A stretch of 64,000 nucleotides of DNA from Octopus vulgaris. Lineage: Eukaryota. This document shows, one piece after another, positions 12,724 to 27,104 of this stretch (the first letter of the stretch is position 1; each line of letters opens with the position of its first letter). The notes beneath the pieces were generated by a model that had not been told where the DNA came from, searched no databases, and worked only from the letters and a program-made list of their open reading frames with translations. A program made the position numbers and the translations under genes. The stretch spans positions 46,500,001 through 46,564,000 of the forward strand of contig OX597823.1 in assembly GCA_951406725.2 (NCBI GenBank), given 5' to 3'.

Positions 12724-13718
12724 ATTATCAAGTCTACCATCTAAGAATAGCTTTATTTTTAATTAATTCCTTGTAAGCGACGGCCTTGATACATATACTA
12801 TTTGCAGTGATCGAGCAAGTTTGTTTTATATTATTTGGGAGTTAAAATTAGCGGTAGATCGGCAGAATCGTTTAAGGTCAGGGAACTAGCAGAGATCAAC
12901 TTTGTATTACGCCTTGTTGATGTCAATAGAATATAATTATAGTGAAGCACCAATATCGATTCAATTGATTGTCACCATCCTCAAACTTCAGGCATTGTTT
13001 TTGGAAACGATGGTACTTGAAGTGTAAGGAATATATTCCCTTGCTAGTAACTCTTAACATCCATTTTAAAAATTTTTGCTTTTTTTTGTCTTGGCTGTGA
13101 TGTAACTAGACTATTTAGTATTTGAAGGCTTTTCAGTTATGACCCTTCAATATTTTCTATAGCACATTTATCACTCCAAACCTTAGCGTAAGTTTTACCA
13201 CAGTGAATATATAACATTTGATAGGAACTGGCTCAAATCCTTGCCAAACATCTGGATGACCCCATCAAATTGGTTGTGTGAAAATACACATCTACTACGA
13301 TCACTTAGATGAGGTGTAAATATAAAAATTCTTATCTTATTCATGCTATCAAGAACAATGAATTTAGCTCAACCCATCTTTTAATAAGCTGGGTTGCTAG
13401 GTTTTTTGAGAGGGAAATTGTTAAAGAGACTAGAAAATTTTGCAAAGTTTCAGTTATAAAATATTAATCAAAATTTAGTGTAGGACAGCTGACAGTTGTC
13501 CAGGTATTGTTTAAAGCAACGTTTCTTGCATACGAAATGTTTTATATGCTTTCTGTCTTATCAGTCCAAAATAGTAGAATATATATATAAAACTGTACAT
13601 ATTGAACTTCTAGACTAAGAGAAATAAAAAAACTACCGAGCGAGTTTTTGATTAAAATATGAATTTTACTTGTATGTTTTTAAAAAGCCATTCATACATT
13701 GCAGCACAAATGTAAATA

Positions 13719-15004
13719 CGAGGGGCGTTCAATAAGTAATGCCTCTGACCCACTTGCAGTTGTTTGATCTAGCTGAAATTTTGCATGTGCAATCATTTAT
13801 ATCTCTATAGAGTAAGTGGCAAATTACAGCTCTGAATTAATTGTGGTTTCTGATTTACAGGTGTTTGAACCGAGTCAAGTGTGAAATGGAGCCTGTTGAG
13901 TGTCGAGCAGTGATCCGGTTTTTGTATTTGAAAGGACGCACACCACGGGAGACTTTTGATGAAATGAAAGTAACTTATGGTGATGATGCCCCATCATATG
14001 ACCTTGTAAAACGCTGGCATCGTGAATTCAAACATGGTCGGAACTCTGTGGAAACAGCTCCCAGATCTGGTCGCCCCTTCTGCCATTGATGAGGCATCTG
14101 TCCGTCAAGTTGAGGCTGCCATTTTGGAAGATCGACGCATAATTATTCGCCAAATAGCCCATGAGGTCAAGATTAGTACCGGGTCTGTGGAAACTATCAT
14201 TCATGACCATTTGCATATGCAAAAGGTGTCTGCCAGATGGATTCCCAGGTTGCTCACGCCTTTCCAGAAGCAAGAACGCGTCGAGTGCTCGAGGGTGAAT
14301 TTGGAGATGTGCCAAGAAGATGAGTCAAAATTTTTCAAAAGACTGATTACACAGGATGAAACCTGTTTCCATCACGATGATCCAGAGACCAAAGCCCAGT
14401 CAATGCAGTGGAAGCACCGTGACTCACCCCTCCAAAGAAGGCAAGTGTGCAGCCCTCCGCTGGCAAGGTCATGCTCACAGTCTTCTGGGACCAGGACGGA
14501 GTAGTGATGACAGATTTCCTGGCAAAGGGTACCACAATTGCAGGAGCCTATTATGCTTCACTTTTGAGGAAATTAAGAGAAGTTATCAAAATCAAGAGGC
14601 GGGGCAAGATCAGCAAAGGCATCCTCCTCCTGCAGGACAACGCTCCGGTCCACAACTCGCTTGTCGCCAGATCAGAAGCACAGGCGTATGGCTATGAACT
14701 CCTCCCCCATCCCCCTACTTTCCTGACCTTGCACCCTCTGATTTTCACCTCTTCCCAGTCATGAAGTTGTTTTTGAAAGGAAAGCGTTTCCCAGATGATG
14801 CAGCCTTGATTTCTGAAGTCACGTTGAGGTTGGAGGACCAAGCTGGGGTCTTCTACAAAAACGGTCTCCAGAGCTGCATCAAACAATGGGAGAAATGCGT
14901 ACATAGTGGTTCCTATGTAGAAAAAGACTAATAACTGTGCCAAGTTTCGTTGCTCTACTGCTATGGGAAGTGGGTCAGGGGCATTACTTATTGAACGCCC
15001 CTCG
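13719..15004 (+). mobile_element. complete mariner DNA transposon (1286 bp)
   Basis: 37-bp TIRs CGAGGGGCGTTCAATAAGTAATGCC(T/C)CTGACCCACTT with one mismatch. TA target duplication at 13717-13718 and 15005-15006. Confidence 0.97.
13886..14931 (+). pseudogene. mariner transposase, frameshifted (irritans-like WIPRLL)
   Basis: MEPVECRAVIRFL HTH start, WIPRLL, ITQDET, LLQDNA and YFPDLAPSDFHLF spread over different frames, requiring at least 3 frameshifts. Stop TAA at 14929-14931. Confidence 0.93.
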
Positions 15005-15190
15005 TAGATGTAAAAACTACACGTTAAAGATTTTAAGTGGTGGAAGTAGATTTTTGAATGTTCAGGCCTTTTTGAACTTTACAAATTAAGTGCAATACAA
15101 AATACTGATGTCACGAAGTCACAAAAGTGCAAAAGAGTGACATATGCCAATTGAATCCTTCCCTACATTCAATTGTTTGTTCTCCTAAAG

Positions 15191-15277
<87 letters not shown>

Positions 15278-15297
15278 TGTGTGTGTGTGTCTATATT

Positions 15298-15348
<51 letters not shown>

Positions 15349-16726
15349 GTGTACGAATGAGAGAGAGAGAAAGCGGGAGGGAGAAAAGTTGACCTTTAAC
15401 TCAAAGAGGTGCAAAGCTATTTTGGGTGTTTAAGCCAGTTAGTTAATATTTCTTTTATTTCATCATATAGATTAAATAGACTTTGGATTACGATATGGGT
15501 TCGAATAAAGAATACGATTTCAGTGAAGTTAAAAAGATTCAGTTTTATCAGGAAAAATTTTATTTAATTAATTTGACCAATTTTGAGAAAACGAACCGAA
15601 AGTCTTACCTTTATTGATTATGTGAGTGTAAGCACTAACGATCAGTAATGGGTTAAAGAGAGTGCCCTTAAATATAAACATTAAACAGAACATTGCTTAA
15701 GCACATTAAATCAATTATTGGCAGCAGTCAGTGTTTCCTAATACAAAGGATATACTTCTATGACCATTGAATTGGTAACAAAAGTAACAGAAAACTTCAC
15801 TGACTTCTATCGAAACAATACATGGACTCACCCAAAGTAATCCAGTTATATCACTTGTTTATTCACTGAGACAAATCAATTTTTTAGGCTGGAAGCCGTT
15901 GTTCAATGTATCAGAGGTCTCATCTGACAGCAGACATGCTGATTTATACTCTATAGCATGTACCGCCGTAACAATTAAATCTATTATGATTTATTTCCGG
16001 ATTTTCAAATAGCTATTAGACTTTATCAAATCATTGGTTTCGGGATCAAGTAACGAGAAATAGTCTTTGCAAAATTATTAAGACTGATGTAATAGACAAC
16101 TCGATTTCTTTCATAGAATTTTAAAAGACGAGCAAAAGCAGTAACGTTAATTCTTGCTAGTTCACTCAATAGTTCACAACTTAAAGGCAACTAAACTCAA
16201 TAATGGTTACATTAAGAGATTAACTTCTTCAAATCGAATACAAAATAAGTTTATGATTCTAAAGATTCGTCGAGACGTTCAGTTGAATAGTTTTGCTAAA
16301 CCAGCCATTTGTTCACAAGAGTTTTACAGTAAACTAGCAGCATCTACCCCGTACTTACTGTAGACGAATTTTGTCATATTTTCTCGTTTTGTTCTATTTC
16401 TGATAGCTGTGGTGGCTTTGTAGTTTCGCCATTTTGTTGGTTTTACACTTTACTTCACCTTTTTCATTTCTATGTTGTTTCTTGATGTATTTGTATCTAC
16501 ATTCTTAGTTTTCGTCTTTACAAAATTCCAGTTTTACATAACTAATCTTCTGCGTTTATTTCTTTGTTGCCTGGCAACTCAAGAGAGACATAATGTAAGA
16601 AATGTTTAGAATATAATGTTACTCTCCCTGCCGTGTAATCCCTGATATCTGCGCAACACTACGATGTGCTGAATTTTGAACAAAAAGACAGTGAAAGCAG
16701 TTGTATAGCAGAATCATTAACATATG

Positions 16727-17060
16727 GGCGCAGGAGTGGCTGTGTGGTAAGTAGCTTGCTAACCAACCACATGGTTCCGGGTTCAGTCCCACTGCGTGGC
16801 ATCTTGGGCAAGTGTCTTCTGCTATAGCCCCGGGCCGACCAATGCCCCCCTAGCATTGCTTGACAACCGATGCTGGTGTGTTTACGTCCCCGTCACTTAG
16901 CGGTTTGGCAAAAGAGACCGATCGAATAAGTACTGGGCTTACAAAGAATAAGTCCTGGGCTTACAAAGAATAAGTCCTGGGGTCGATTTGCTCGACTAAA
17001 GGCGGAGCTCCAGCATGGCCGCAGTCAAATGACTGAAACAAGTAAAAGAGTAAAAGAGTA
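16727..17060 (+). mobile_element. SINE family C (tRNA head, CORE-like body, AGTAAAAG tail)
   Basis: GGCGCAGGAGTGGCTGTGTGGTAAG (A box)...GGGTTCAGTCCC (B box)...CTTGGGCAAGTGTCTT, ending GACTGAAACAAGTAAAAGAGTAAAAGAG. Other copies at 30718-31095 (-), 62630-63385 (+) and, degraded, 26790-26950. Confidence 0.85.
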
Positions 17061-17198
17061 TATCTTCCAGTATTTGTTTCAAGTCCTTCCGTTCTGAGTT
17101 CAAATTTCGCCCCAAGTCAAGTTTAATTTCCATCCTTCTCTAGGCGCTGAAGTAGTTGAATTGTTAAACATTGCGGGCAATATTTCGGTATTGGTATA

Positions 17199-17425
17199 TA
17201 TTTCTTTATTGGTATATATTTCTTTAGAGGGGACAAACAAAGACAGACAAAGGGCTTTAGTCGATTACATCGACCCCAGTGCGTAACTGGTACTTTATTT
17301 ATCGATCCCGAAAGGATGAAAGGCAAAGTCGACCTCGACGGAATTTGAACTCACAACGTAATGGCAGACGAAATACGGCTACGCATTTCGCCCGGCGTGC
17401 TAACGTTTCTGCCAGCTCGCCGCCT
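17199..17425 (-). mobile_element. SINE family A monomer with 18-bp TSD
   Basis: TATTTCGGTATTGGTATA duplicated at 17181-17198 and 17426-17443. Confidence 0.92.
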
Positions 17426-17997
17426 TATTTCGGTATTGGTATACTACATCATTCACCTACACAACGGTCCGTCATGACACAGATAAAGAGGCTGAAAAGG
17501 AGGATGAATGACGTCGTCTCCTCATACCGACACTCTAGAGAGAGACCACTACTGAAGGATCGATACATGACGCATAAAGCTTTATGGCATTAAGTTTGGC
17601 TTTTTATATTGTGAGTTATTTTGGTAAAACATATTATTGTTTCTCTGTTAAATGCAAACAAATTTATTCGAATTATTCTAACGTCTTTATTTCGTTTTGT
17701 ACCAACGTTAGAAATCAATATTCCATTTGGGACAAACAGTGAACAGTGGATACTATTAAGGGACGAATTAAATGTTTTTTTTTTTTTTTACGTCTCTTTG
17801 CATTCTGAGTTCAAACTTCAGAGGCACAGAGTTTGATAATCTTTCTAGATACAGTAACTCGCATTCCAGGATATAGAGCGATGCAATTGTTCAATATTTT
17901 CTTTACTTCTTGATTGCTACCTGTTTTTAGTGTATATGTGGCATTTCATTTCGCTTTTCTTTCGAATGTCTTTCTGTTCAACGGTTTTCTGATGATG

Positions 17998-18029
<32 letters not shown>

Positions 18030-18559
18030 GTATGTATATATGTATGTATGTATGTATGTATATATATAATATATATATATATATATGTATTGTATCTATG
18101 TGTGTGTGTGTGTAATAATAACAATAATCTTAGGATGGAATTTATAAACATTTAATGCACTGCTACGCGCGTTTCCACAAATTATATGACTTTTAAGACC
18201 ACAGTCCGTATTCCGGTTGATCATCATCATTGTTTCATTTTTTTCAGACGATATAACATTAGTGGATGAACCACAGACGGATGTTTTCTCTTCTTTTTTT
18301 TTTACCAGAATGACGGTCAAACGAGTTATGCAGGCACTTTCGTGTGTATTCGTTGGGGAGGAGTAGGTGATCGGAATGGAGGAAGGAATGGTAGTTATAT
18401 AGGGATGGAGGTGTGAGTGTGTGGTGGTGTTGGATTTATTTTGCTATTCAATCAACAGATGTTAAGGATGGATTTCATTTAAGGCATGACTATCTTCAAT
18501 AAATTATGAGCTCAACAGGTACTGCTCCGATACAATGGGGTTTGTTGACTGAATTGATA

Positions 18560-19230
18560 AATGCAGTTGCGCATTCTTCTTTTTTACTATCTCTTCTCTG
18601 TCTATCTCCCCCTCTCTTGTTCTTCATCCTTTCTGTTTTTCCCTCCCACCATTCCCTATTCTTCTCTTCTCCCCATCACCGTTCCCTCTCTCTCTCATTC
18701 CTCCTCCTCGACTCTCTCGTCGCTGACACATGATGAGAGGTAAGCCATCATTCCCACTACTACCTTCACTAAGGCTAAATGGACATATCCTGTCTCTTCA
18801 TAAGTCGTCTCCTTAAACGTTCAGAATAAGTTTTCCATCGTCTTGGCTTAAAAGCCCTCACCGTTTGTTTTTACTGTTTTGTTCTCCTTCATCTGTCTTT
18901 TACTGATTTTACTTTTTTATTGTTTTTACTGTTTTGTTCTCACTGTCCTGTTCTTATAACTACTTTCACCCTCTGCAAAAAATCCCAAATTTTATTTAAT
19001 TTGCTTTGTGGGGAGGATTGTTTCAATGAAGTCGCGTCTTGTCCTTACCTTCGGAACGCAGAGTAGATGAAACAGGGACAACTATATATTGTATGTCTCG
19101 TTTTTCTGGGGTTTTTTTCTTCGTTTGAAAAAAAAGTTCGTTTCTATGTTTTTGCTTTTATGTTTTCGTTTCTCATTGTGTTTAACGTATTTCTCATGTC
19201 CTGTACCCATATATGTATGTATATATGCAT
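18560..19230 (+). mobile_element. unclassified pyrimidine-rich repeat (possibly Penelope-like 3' region)
   Basis: Shares GAGTAGAT...ACAACT and the terminal GTCCTGTACCCATATATG with 62782-63125. Both run into (TA)n. Confidence 0.4.
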
Positions 19231-19287
19231 ATATTTATATATTATATATTTTATATAATCAAACGCCACGCATCCTTTTCCAAGAAA

Positions 19288-19338
<51 letters not shown>

Positions 19339-19645
19339 GTTGAAAGTGGGATGGACATAGGAAGAATTAAGTTTCATATATATTAAAAAAGACATCATGT
19401 CACAGTGCCTGTGCGGGGGAAAGTACAAAGTAACATGGATAGCTTATACCGTGACTGATGAATTCTAATTTTATGTATTTTTGATGTTGCCGAAAACATA
19501 AATTAATAACAAATGTGAATCAAATATCAAAATGTCTTCCAGAAAAAAACGAAAGTTAATTATTATTTTTCCAAGCATAAACAATATCTTCATGTCCTAT
19601 TCTTGTCTTATATATTTCTCTTCTCTCTGCCTCTCAATCTATCTA

Positions 19646-19685
<40 letters not shown>

Positions 19686-20042
19686 TGCGTGTCTATGTGT
19701 GTGTATTTCTATGTATGTGTTTAAAAGTTAGCGAACAAACGTAAGGAAATAGCAATCTACAAATTTAGTTCTAGTTGAAGGTATATAATAACAAGTTGTC
19801 TCTGCCTTACATTACCAAAAGTTATGCAGTCACGCGTCTGCGCCTACGAAACTTGAAACCTTGTGTAAAGTGGAGATGAGCTAACATTTTATTATGTACG
19901 TATGTATGTATGTCGTTACTCAGTTTATTTCAAGATTTCTTGCCAATAGAGAAAGAACCGGTTTCTAACCTAAATCCGGGTCTACGTATGTATGTACGTA
20001 AGTGTGTACGTATGTATGCATCATGCATGTATGTATGTATTG

Positions 20043-20118
<76 letters not shown>

Positions 20119-20146
20119 AGTGTGTCTGTGTGTGTGTGTGTGTGTG

Positions 20147-20455
20147 TGGAGGCGCAATGGCCCAGTGCTTAGGGCAGCGTACTCGCGGTTGTAGGATCGC
20201 AGTTCCGATTCCCAGACCGGGCGTTGTGAGTGTTTATTGAGCGAAAACACCTGAAGCTCCACGAGGCTCCGGCAGGGGGTGGTGGTGATCCCTGCTGTAC
20301 TCTTTCGCCACAACTTTCTCTCTCTCTCTTTCTTCTGTTGGCCTGCTCGCTTAGCCAGCGGGGTGGCATCATTTGGAGGCTAAAACAATGCGAAGCGCAT
20401 CGTGACCAGCGATGTGTAGCAACACCTGATAGCCTGGTCGGTCACGGTGATCACG

Positions 20456-20460
<5 letters not shown>
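20147..20460 (+). mobile_element. SINE family B head with an RTE-derived tail
   Basis: Head is near-identical to the copies at 30042 and 48597 (TGGCCCAGTGG A box, TTCGATTCCC B box). Tail GAAGCGCATCGTGACCAGCGATGTGTAGCAACA resembles the RTE 3' end at 58702-58750 and ends in (CACGGTGAT)2. Confidence 0.85.
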
Positions 20461-20527
<67 letters not shown>

Positions 20528-20708
20528 TGTTGCTGTTTCTGTATCAGCTCTGTTTTCACCGCCAATTCACGTACAAGTTCCATGTGAAAAGTTACGTAAT
20601 CTTTTGCGGTTTTAAACATTGGAGTGGCACGACGCTTGGCATAGGCAAAATGTAAGATAGCCCTTTTGATGCAAGTCTGAAGAAGTGCCACTCTACTTTA
20701 TATTCGTA

Positions 20709-21010
20709 CTAGCAGTATCGCCCGGCGTTGCTCGGGTTTGTAAGGGAAATAACTATATAAGCATTTTTAGAGAGTTACTTCCCTTATATAATAGCAAAAA
20801 AATGTATTAAAAATGGGAAAAAATGATGGTAAATTTTTTTTAAATCGTAGACTCATCATAGACGCGCCCTAATACCCAGAAGGGCTCGATATGAATGACG
20901 ACTATAAGATACCCGCTTCTGGTTAAACTGCACCGCAAAATGTGGGAGTAGTTAGGAATCTAAATAGTAGGAGACAGACACTCACACAACTTCACTTTTA
21001 TATATAAAGA
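20709..21010 (-). mobile_element. non-autonomous Helitron (302 bp)
   Basis: Minus strand: 5' TCTTTATATATAAAAG, 3' hairpin CCCGAGCAACGCCGGG then CTAG. Inserted between A and T with no TSD. Confidence 0.88.
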
Positions 21011-21016
21011 TATACA

Positions 21017-21600
21017 TCTACTATATTACTGAGAATGTATGAAGTTGTTTGTGTGTTTTGTCTCGAAAGGTTCTGAAAGAGTGCGTTCTCGAGAAAAACT
21101 AATTTGATTTTCGAAATCTGTGTCTCGAAATGAAGGTTGTCTGTAAATAAAATAAATAGAAAAATATAATTTCCTAAGTTAAATAACTCAACTTTTAGAT
21201 CGACAAATCTTCCATCTTCTATCTGTCACAACCAAGCTCTCTCCCTTTTACGCCTTCCTCTCTCTCTATATATATATAAAATAACCACACTCTATTACTC
21301 TCTCTATGTATATGTGTTATCTCTCACGCATGCTGTCTCTCCCTCTCTCTTCATATGACATTATTGTTTTCATTGTGGTCAAAACTTCCTCTCGTAATAT
21401 TTACTTTCATTTTATGACAGCTTTAACGCACACAATACCAACTTCCAAATCCGGTTTTCTGATTGGGTAAGAATGATCAGACTTTAACAGCACTGTAGCA
21501 TTTTCCTACAATTTTTATGGAGTAAATGAATTCCCAAATCGGATTCAGCGTGAAAAAGCATATCAATATATCAAATTTGAAAATTTCTAAACCCGTGACA
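21017..21600 (+). mobile_element. possible second Helitron 5' portion
   Basis: Starts TCTACTATATTACTGAGAATGTATG, like the 5' end at 52997. No CTAG 3' end found. Confidence 0.35.
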
Positions 21601-21606
21601 ACAACA

Positions 21607-21696
<90 letters not shown>

Positions 21697-21763
21697 CTGT
21701 CTGTCTGTCTCTCTCTCTCTCTTTCTCGCTCTCCCTCTGTCTGTCTGTCTGTCTGTCTGTGTA

Positions 21764-21819
<56 letters not shown>

Positions 21820-21942
21820 TCGTTCTTTTTTCACTTTTCACATTGTAAACTTAGCCCTCTCTATATGCATATTTATCATACTCTCACTTTCTGTATATCG
21901 CTCGCACTAAGTGTGTGTGTGTATGAGTGTGTGTGTGTGTGT

Positions 21943-21974
<32 letters not shown>

Positions 21975-22886
21975 AACAAATTTCATTAGGTCGACAGGGT
22001 GATTTAAAAAAGATATGTAAAAGATAATTGATTATAACAGCTTACTTTTCTGTTAGTAAATATGTTTTTTCTTGCACATACGCACGAGCACCACCCACAT
22101 ACACACACATGCACACACATACACACATATACACACAAACTCGCTTGGTGCGAGACGGGATACAGAAACTTTAAATTACAAATTTTTCGTTGCTTTCGTT
22201 TAAATCGCAGCAAGGGCCAAGCAAAATCGTTACATCCACATCACCATTCCAACAATGTGCTTGTGGAGAGAAAAATATTGTAAAAACATCAATACATGTC
22301 AGAGGGACGAAGAAATGAGGAAGGTACAAGGTGGTCGTAGGATGTGCTATAAGCAACAGGTAAAATTGTTTTCAAACAAATTGCAGATTCGGATTGTCCT
22401 TATTTTTAAAAAATAAGAATTTCGAAAAAAAAGCCGGAATTTAGGATTTATGGGTGGGGTGGGGGATAATGACGACATTTGAAAACATTTCACTGTTGTT
22501 TTTAAATTATACTTCATTTTCTTTTTGAAAATAAAGGAAGAGTAGATTTTAATGATGATCACTGATTTCTAAATATGTATTTTTTAGCCGAGAAGGCTTC
22601 TCCCATCACTTTTATGTGCGTATTGCAAAAACATTGCCCAACACGGTATTTAGTGGAAGAGAGGGATTTGAAAGAAAATATCCTAAATTTTCAAAACTTA
22701 TTTTAATAAGACATTTTCCTCGTCAGTCGGAAAAGAGGAGTGAAAAAAGAAGTTAAATCCCCGCCAAAACGGAGGAAATCCAACGTATGCAGGCGTGCTA
22801 TTCCGAAAGACTGTCAATACATTCTATTGTGAGAACTGAGTAGCAACGACAATAAGTAAAAGGGATGACACAGGAAAAACAACGGT

Positions 22887-23147
22887 TATGTCATGAACTT
22901 CAATAGCTTACAGCAGTTTCTCCCGTGAGATGCAGTAGACTCTTAGTCGAGTACTTGAATAACATCCTATAGCTTCATCGAAGCCTCGAATGTGAAATGC
23001 AATTTATTTTGGAAAAAAAGAGCTACATTTTTGCTATATACAGGGAAGACGTTCTCTGTATATTACATCGATTGAGCTATAGGATATTATTCAGGAACTG
23101 CATCTTGAAGCAGAAACTGCTGTTAGCTAAATGAAGTGCATACCATA
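22887..23147. mobile_element. foldback element / MITE with long imperfect inverted arms
   Basis: Left arm ATGAACTTCAATAGCTTACAGCAGTTTCT..AGATGCAGT..TGAATAACATCCTATAGCT mirrors right arm AGCTATAGGATATTATTCA..ACTGCATCT..AGAAACTGCTGTTAGCTAAATGAAGTGCAT. Confidence 0.75.
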
Positions 23148-23151
23148 TATA

Positions 23152-23207
<56 letters not shown>

Positions 23208-23211
23208 TAAA

Positions 23212-23484
23212 TAATTAAGGGCTAAAGAAGGTTATTCTATAGCCAATACACTGATTTATCCACTTATAATCCACTTGTTACAGGAAAATTGAACTGAAAG
23301 CGGGCAACTAACCTTTAGGAAATTTAAATTTTGTTATCTCTATATTGAAAGAATTTCGGAACTTATGTCAGCACCATGAAGAGCAAAAACTTTTAGATGA
23401 GTGCCCACATGATGTCCACAGTAATAATGGACATCAGCTAAAAACACAACTACATTTAAGTACATCATTTATATCTAAAAATAA

Positions 23485-23490
<6 letters not shown>
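23212..23490 (-). mobile_element. (TA)n-embedded repeat, same family as 50881-51024
   Basis: ATAATTAAGGGCTAAAGA(A)GGTTATTCTA(T/A)AGCCAATACACTGATTTATCCA is shared. A decayed TTCC-GAAA...TC-AATAT HHR 3' half lies at ~23340-23360. Confidence 0.65.
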
Positions 23491-23540
<50 letters not shown>

Positions 23541-23712
23541 TGCTATTTTCTTATGTGTTTCAGCTTTAAGGCTGTGGCCATGCTAGAAGATATATATATA
23601 TATTTCGAAATAGGATCGCGTAGTATATATAAAACTATAGATAATAGCATGTAAATATTGAACTGAAAAACCTTAGTGGAGAGAATAAATATAAACACAC
23701 AAGCGCGTATGC

Positions 23713-23767
<55 letters not shown>

Positions 23768-23840
23768 GTATTTATGCATGTATATGTCTATGCATATATA
23801 TATATATATGTATGTATTCGTATGTATATATGTGTATATT

Positions 23841-23894
<54 letters not shown>

Positions 23895-24501
23895 TTTGAC
23901 AGTATTTATACATGTGTATGAAGGAAAAATACAATGAATGATAAGAAAAAAACCATAGATGTTGGTATTGATATCATACTCGTGTTTATATATCTCCCAA
24001 CGCTTGCAATACACATATCTGTATACATAAACACATGCATACATGTAAGTGTGTATTTGTTTGGGTGTTGGTATATACCAACGAATATGATACGCATATA
24101 TTAATATGTATTCATAAATACATACATACATACATATACATATATATACATGTATATTTGTATAATTGGGTGTACATATAAACACATATTGGTATACACT
24201 TATGCATACGCGCATACACTCACACAGGCAATTTATGCTTGAGTGTGCGTATATATATATATATATAAGTGTGTGTCATTATGTGATTGTGTACACCCAT
24301 TTATACAAATATACATATTAATATGCTTGTCTGTTCATAGTCATATCCACACATTTTATGTTTTACTGATACACAAGCATCTACATGCACCACTCCACTC
24401 AAACACACACTCACAAACTCTCTCTCACTCACTCACTCCCTCACACACAAACACACATATGTACACACATCTCTAAACATATACATACCTACATATATAT
24501 A

Positions 24502-24586
<85 letters not shown>

Positions 24587-25956
24587 GGTTGCGAGTTCAT
24601 TTGGGGAATATTTCTACTTAAGTGTGCAGTCGTTTTTCACCACTTCAAAACGCTCATTTCGTGTAAAATACATCTGTACTTTTTTTCTGAAGTGTTGCTT
24701 CTATAATTTTTTTTTTTGTACATTGTCATTTTGCTTAATACTTTTTTTTTTTTTTTTTCACTAATCAGGACCTCTTTGAGAAGCTTTCGTTTATTGGAGT
24801 ATTTGTCTGTATATATTACTACATTTATCACGAATCTTCATTTTCCTTTTTTACTCTTATTCACTTTCATAATTATTTATGCATATATGTATATGAATTT
24901 TTTTTCAAATTATTCAAGTTGTTATTTTTTTTATTCAAGATATTCACCTTAATTTGTATTTCTTTAGTGTTTCCTAAATTTCTTTTCCCTTTATGGTATT
25001 TTTTTTCTTTTATAATGTTTGTCGCATGGATTTTGTGGAGAAAAATAAAAACACATTCTGAAAGAGAGATTTCTTTCGAAATAAGATATATGTAAAGATA
25101 AACTAAAAGAGAGAAAATACAAGGAAAATACAAGGAAATCTCGCTACTTGTGCGTTACATATTCAGCTCATTCACTAGATATTAAAGTCTGAGAGCATGT
25201 GTCGCTACTTAAATATATTTTTCAAATATATTTAAGTACTTTCTTTCCTGCAAGTGTGCATGAATTCTTGTATGAATGTCGGTCTGTATATATGTATTTG
25301 AGCATATGTATTTGTGCATATCTACATGTGTGTATGTGTGTGTGTGTGGTTGCGTATGCATGTATAATAGTAAGTTTTGTGTATGTCCCCCAACTCATAT
25401 TTCGGCGTATGGTATGCGTCTTTGCCACATTTTCATTGAGTGGAATATTTAATTGCTAAGTCCTTCCTATAAGATTAAGTGGTATATTAATGTTATAACT
25501 AAATTCAAGTTGTTGACGTAACTTTCCTATGTGTGTGCGTGTGTGTGTGTACGTGTGTGTAGGCATGCAGATCTATCAACTGTGTGTGTGTGTGTGTGCG
25601 CGCGCGCATGCGTGTGTGTGTGTGTTAAAATCATCCATTTCCTGACCTGGCTCCACATGAATCTATTACAACATGTTCCCTGGATTATTTTTTTTGTCCA
25701 AATTATTCTGGTATTCGTGACGCCAAAATAAAATACACTAGATTTCGCAGGAATAATGTTTGTAATAATTATTTTATCTCAACAAAAATAAACTTCACGG
25801 ATCAGTAAAGTCTGCTTTGAACATTGATAAAAAGTTATAAATTTTTATCCATAATTTGAAAAGTATTGGAACAAAATATAATTTTGCATTCGAAGTTTGA
25901 TTACACATGGAACAAGCAGCATGAAAATAACTAAATTGTCCGAATATAAGCAAGCA

Positions 25957-25987
<31 letters not shown>

Positions 25988-26297
25988 GAATGTGTGTGGT
26001 TTAACGTTCAGATTATGATCGTCGTAACTTGGAATTTATTCCGAGACTGGGGGGGCACGTTGTATCAATGAACAAGGCGCTTTATTTTCTGTAATATATG
26101 CTTGTCATATCCTTGTATATGCTAGTTATGTCCTAGATTTTCTTTTGGTTCAGGCGTCAGAGGGTGGAAAGAAAGTCTAAATCTGCCCTCGACTACATAG
26201 CCCTTTGAAAGAATTGGCTAAAAATCATCGTACATGTTACCAGGTCATACTTATAAACATGTGACGGCTATGATTTAGATAGATAGATAGATAGATC

Positions 26298-26340
<43 letters not shown>

Positions 26341-26433
26341 TGATAGACAGATAGGTAGGTATGTAGGTAGGTTGGTAGGTAGGTAGGTAGGTAGGTAGGT
26401 AGGTAGGTAGGTAGGTAGGTAGGTAACTACTTA

Positions 26434-26469
<36 letters not shown>

Positions 26470-27104
26470 AATCAAGGGAGATTCCCAGTATTAACCAATA
26501 TGTAATCTTCAAATGTCAAAATCAAATAATAATGGAAATATGGTACATATCGCATCGATATACACTTTTTCTAATTGTCTCTCCTAAAACGCGTGTCTCT
26601 TTTTTAATACACACTATAGAAAATACTAGCCAGGAATGTTTATATAGGAGATGAAGGTACAAGCAAGGAGGCAACGATATCAGAAACAGATGAGAGAGCT
26701 GGGTTTATGTATGCTTAAGGGCGACGGAATTTTTTACTAAAGTCGTACATGACCCAATGCGCGTGATAAAGAAGGGCCTTTGAATTACAGATACAGACCA
26801 TGCAACGGGCTTCCGCACAGTTTCTGTTTACTTAAGTTTGCTAACAAGGTTTGGATCAGGCTATGGCAAGTCCGCTTGCCCAGGATTTCACGCAGTTGGA
26901 TTGAAGCGGAGACACCGTGATTGTTGAAAGGACTTCTTAACTATCCGGTCATGTTACACCCATACGGACAGTAAATCGTATTCTTAACTACATCAATTGC
27001 AACGAACCAACATCTCCATCATTGCTGTCGACACCACCATCACCACCAACGTCATCAGTCATCATCACCATCACGAACGGCAACCATCGCAACTACCATT
27101 GACT

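Noticed and set aside
19450-19500. CTGATGAA ... CCGAAAAC possible hammerhead
   Set aside because: No stem II or stem I pairing.
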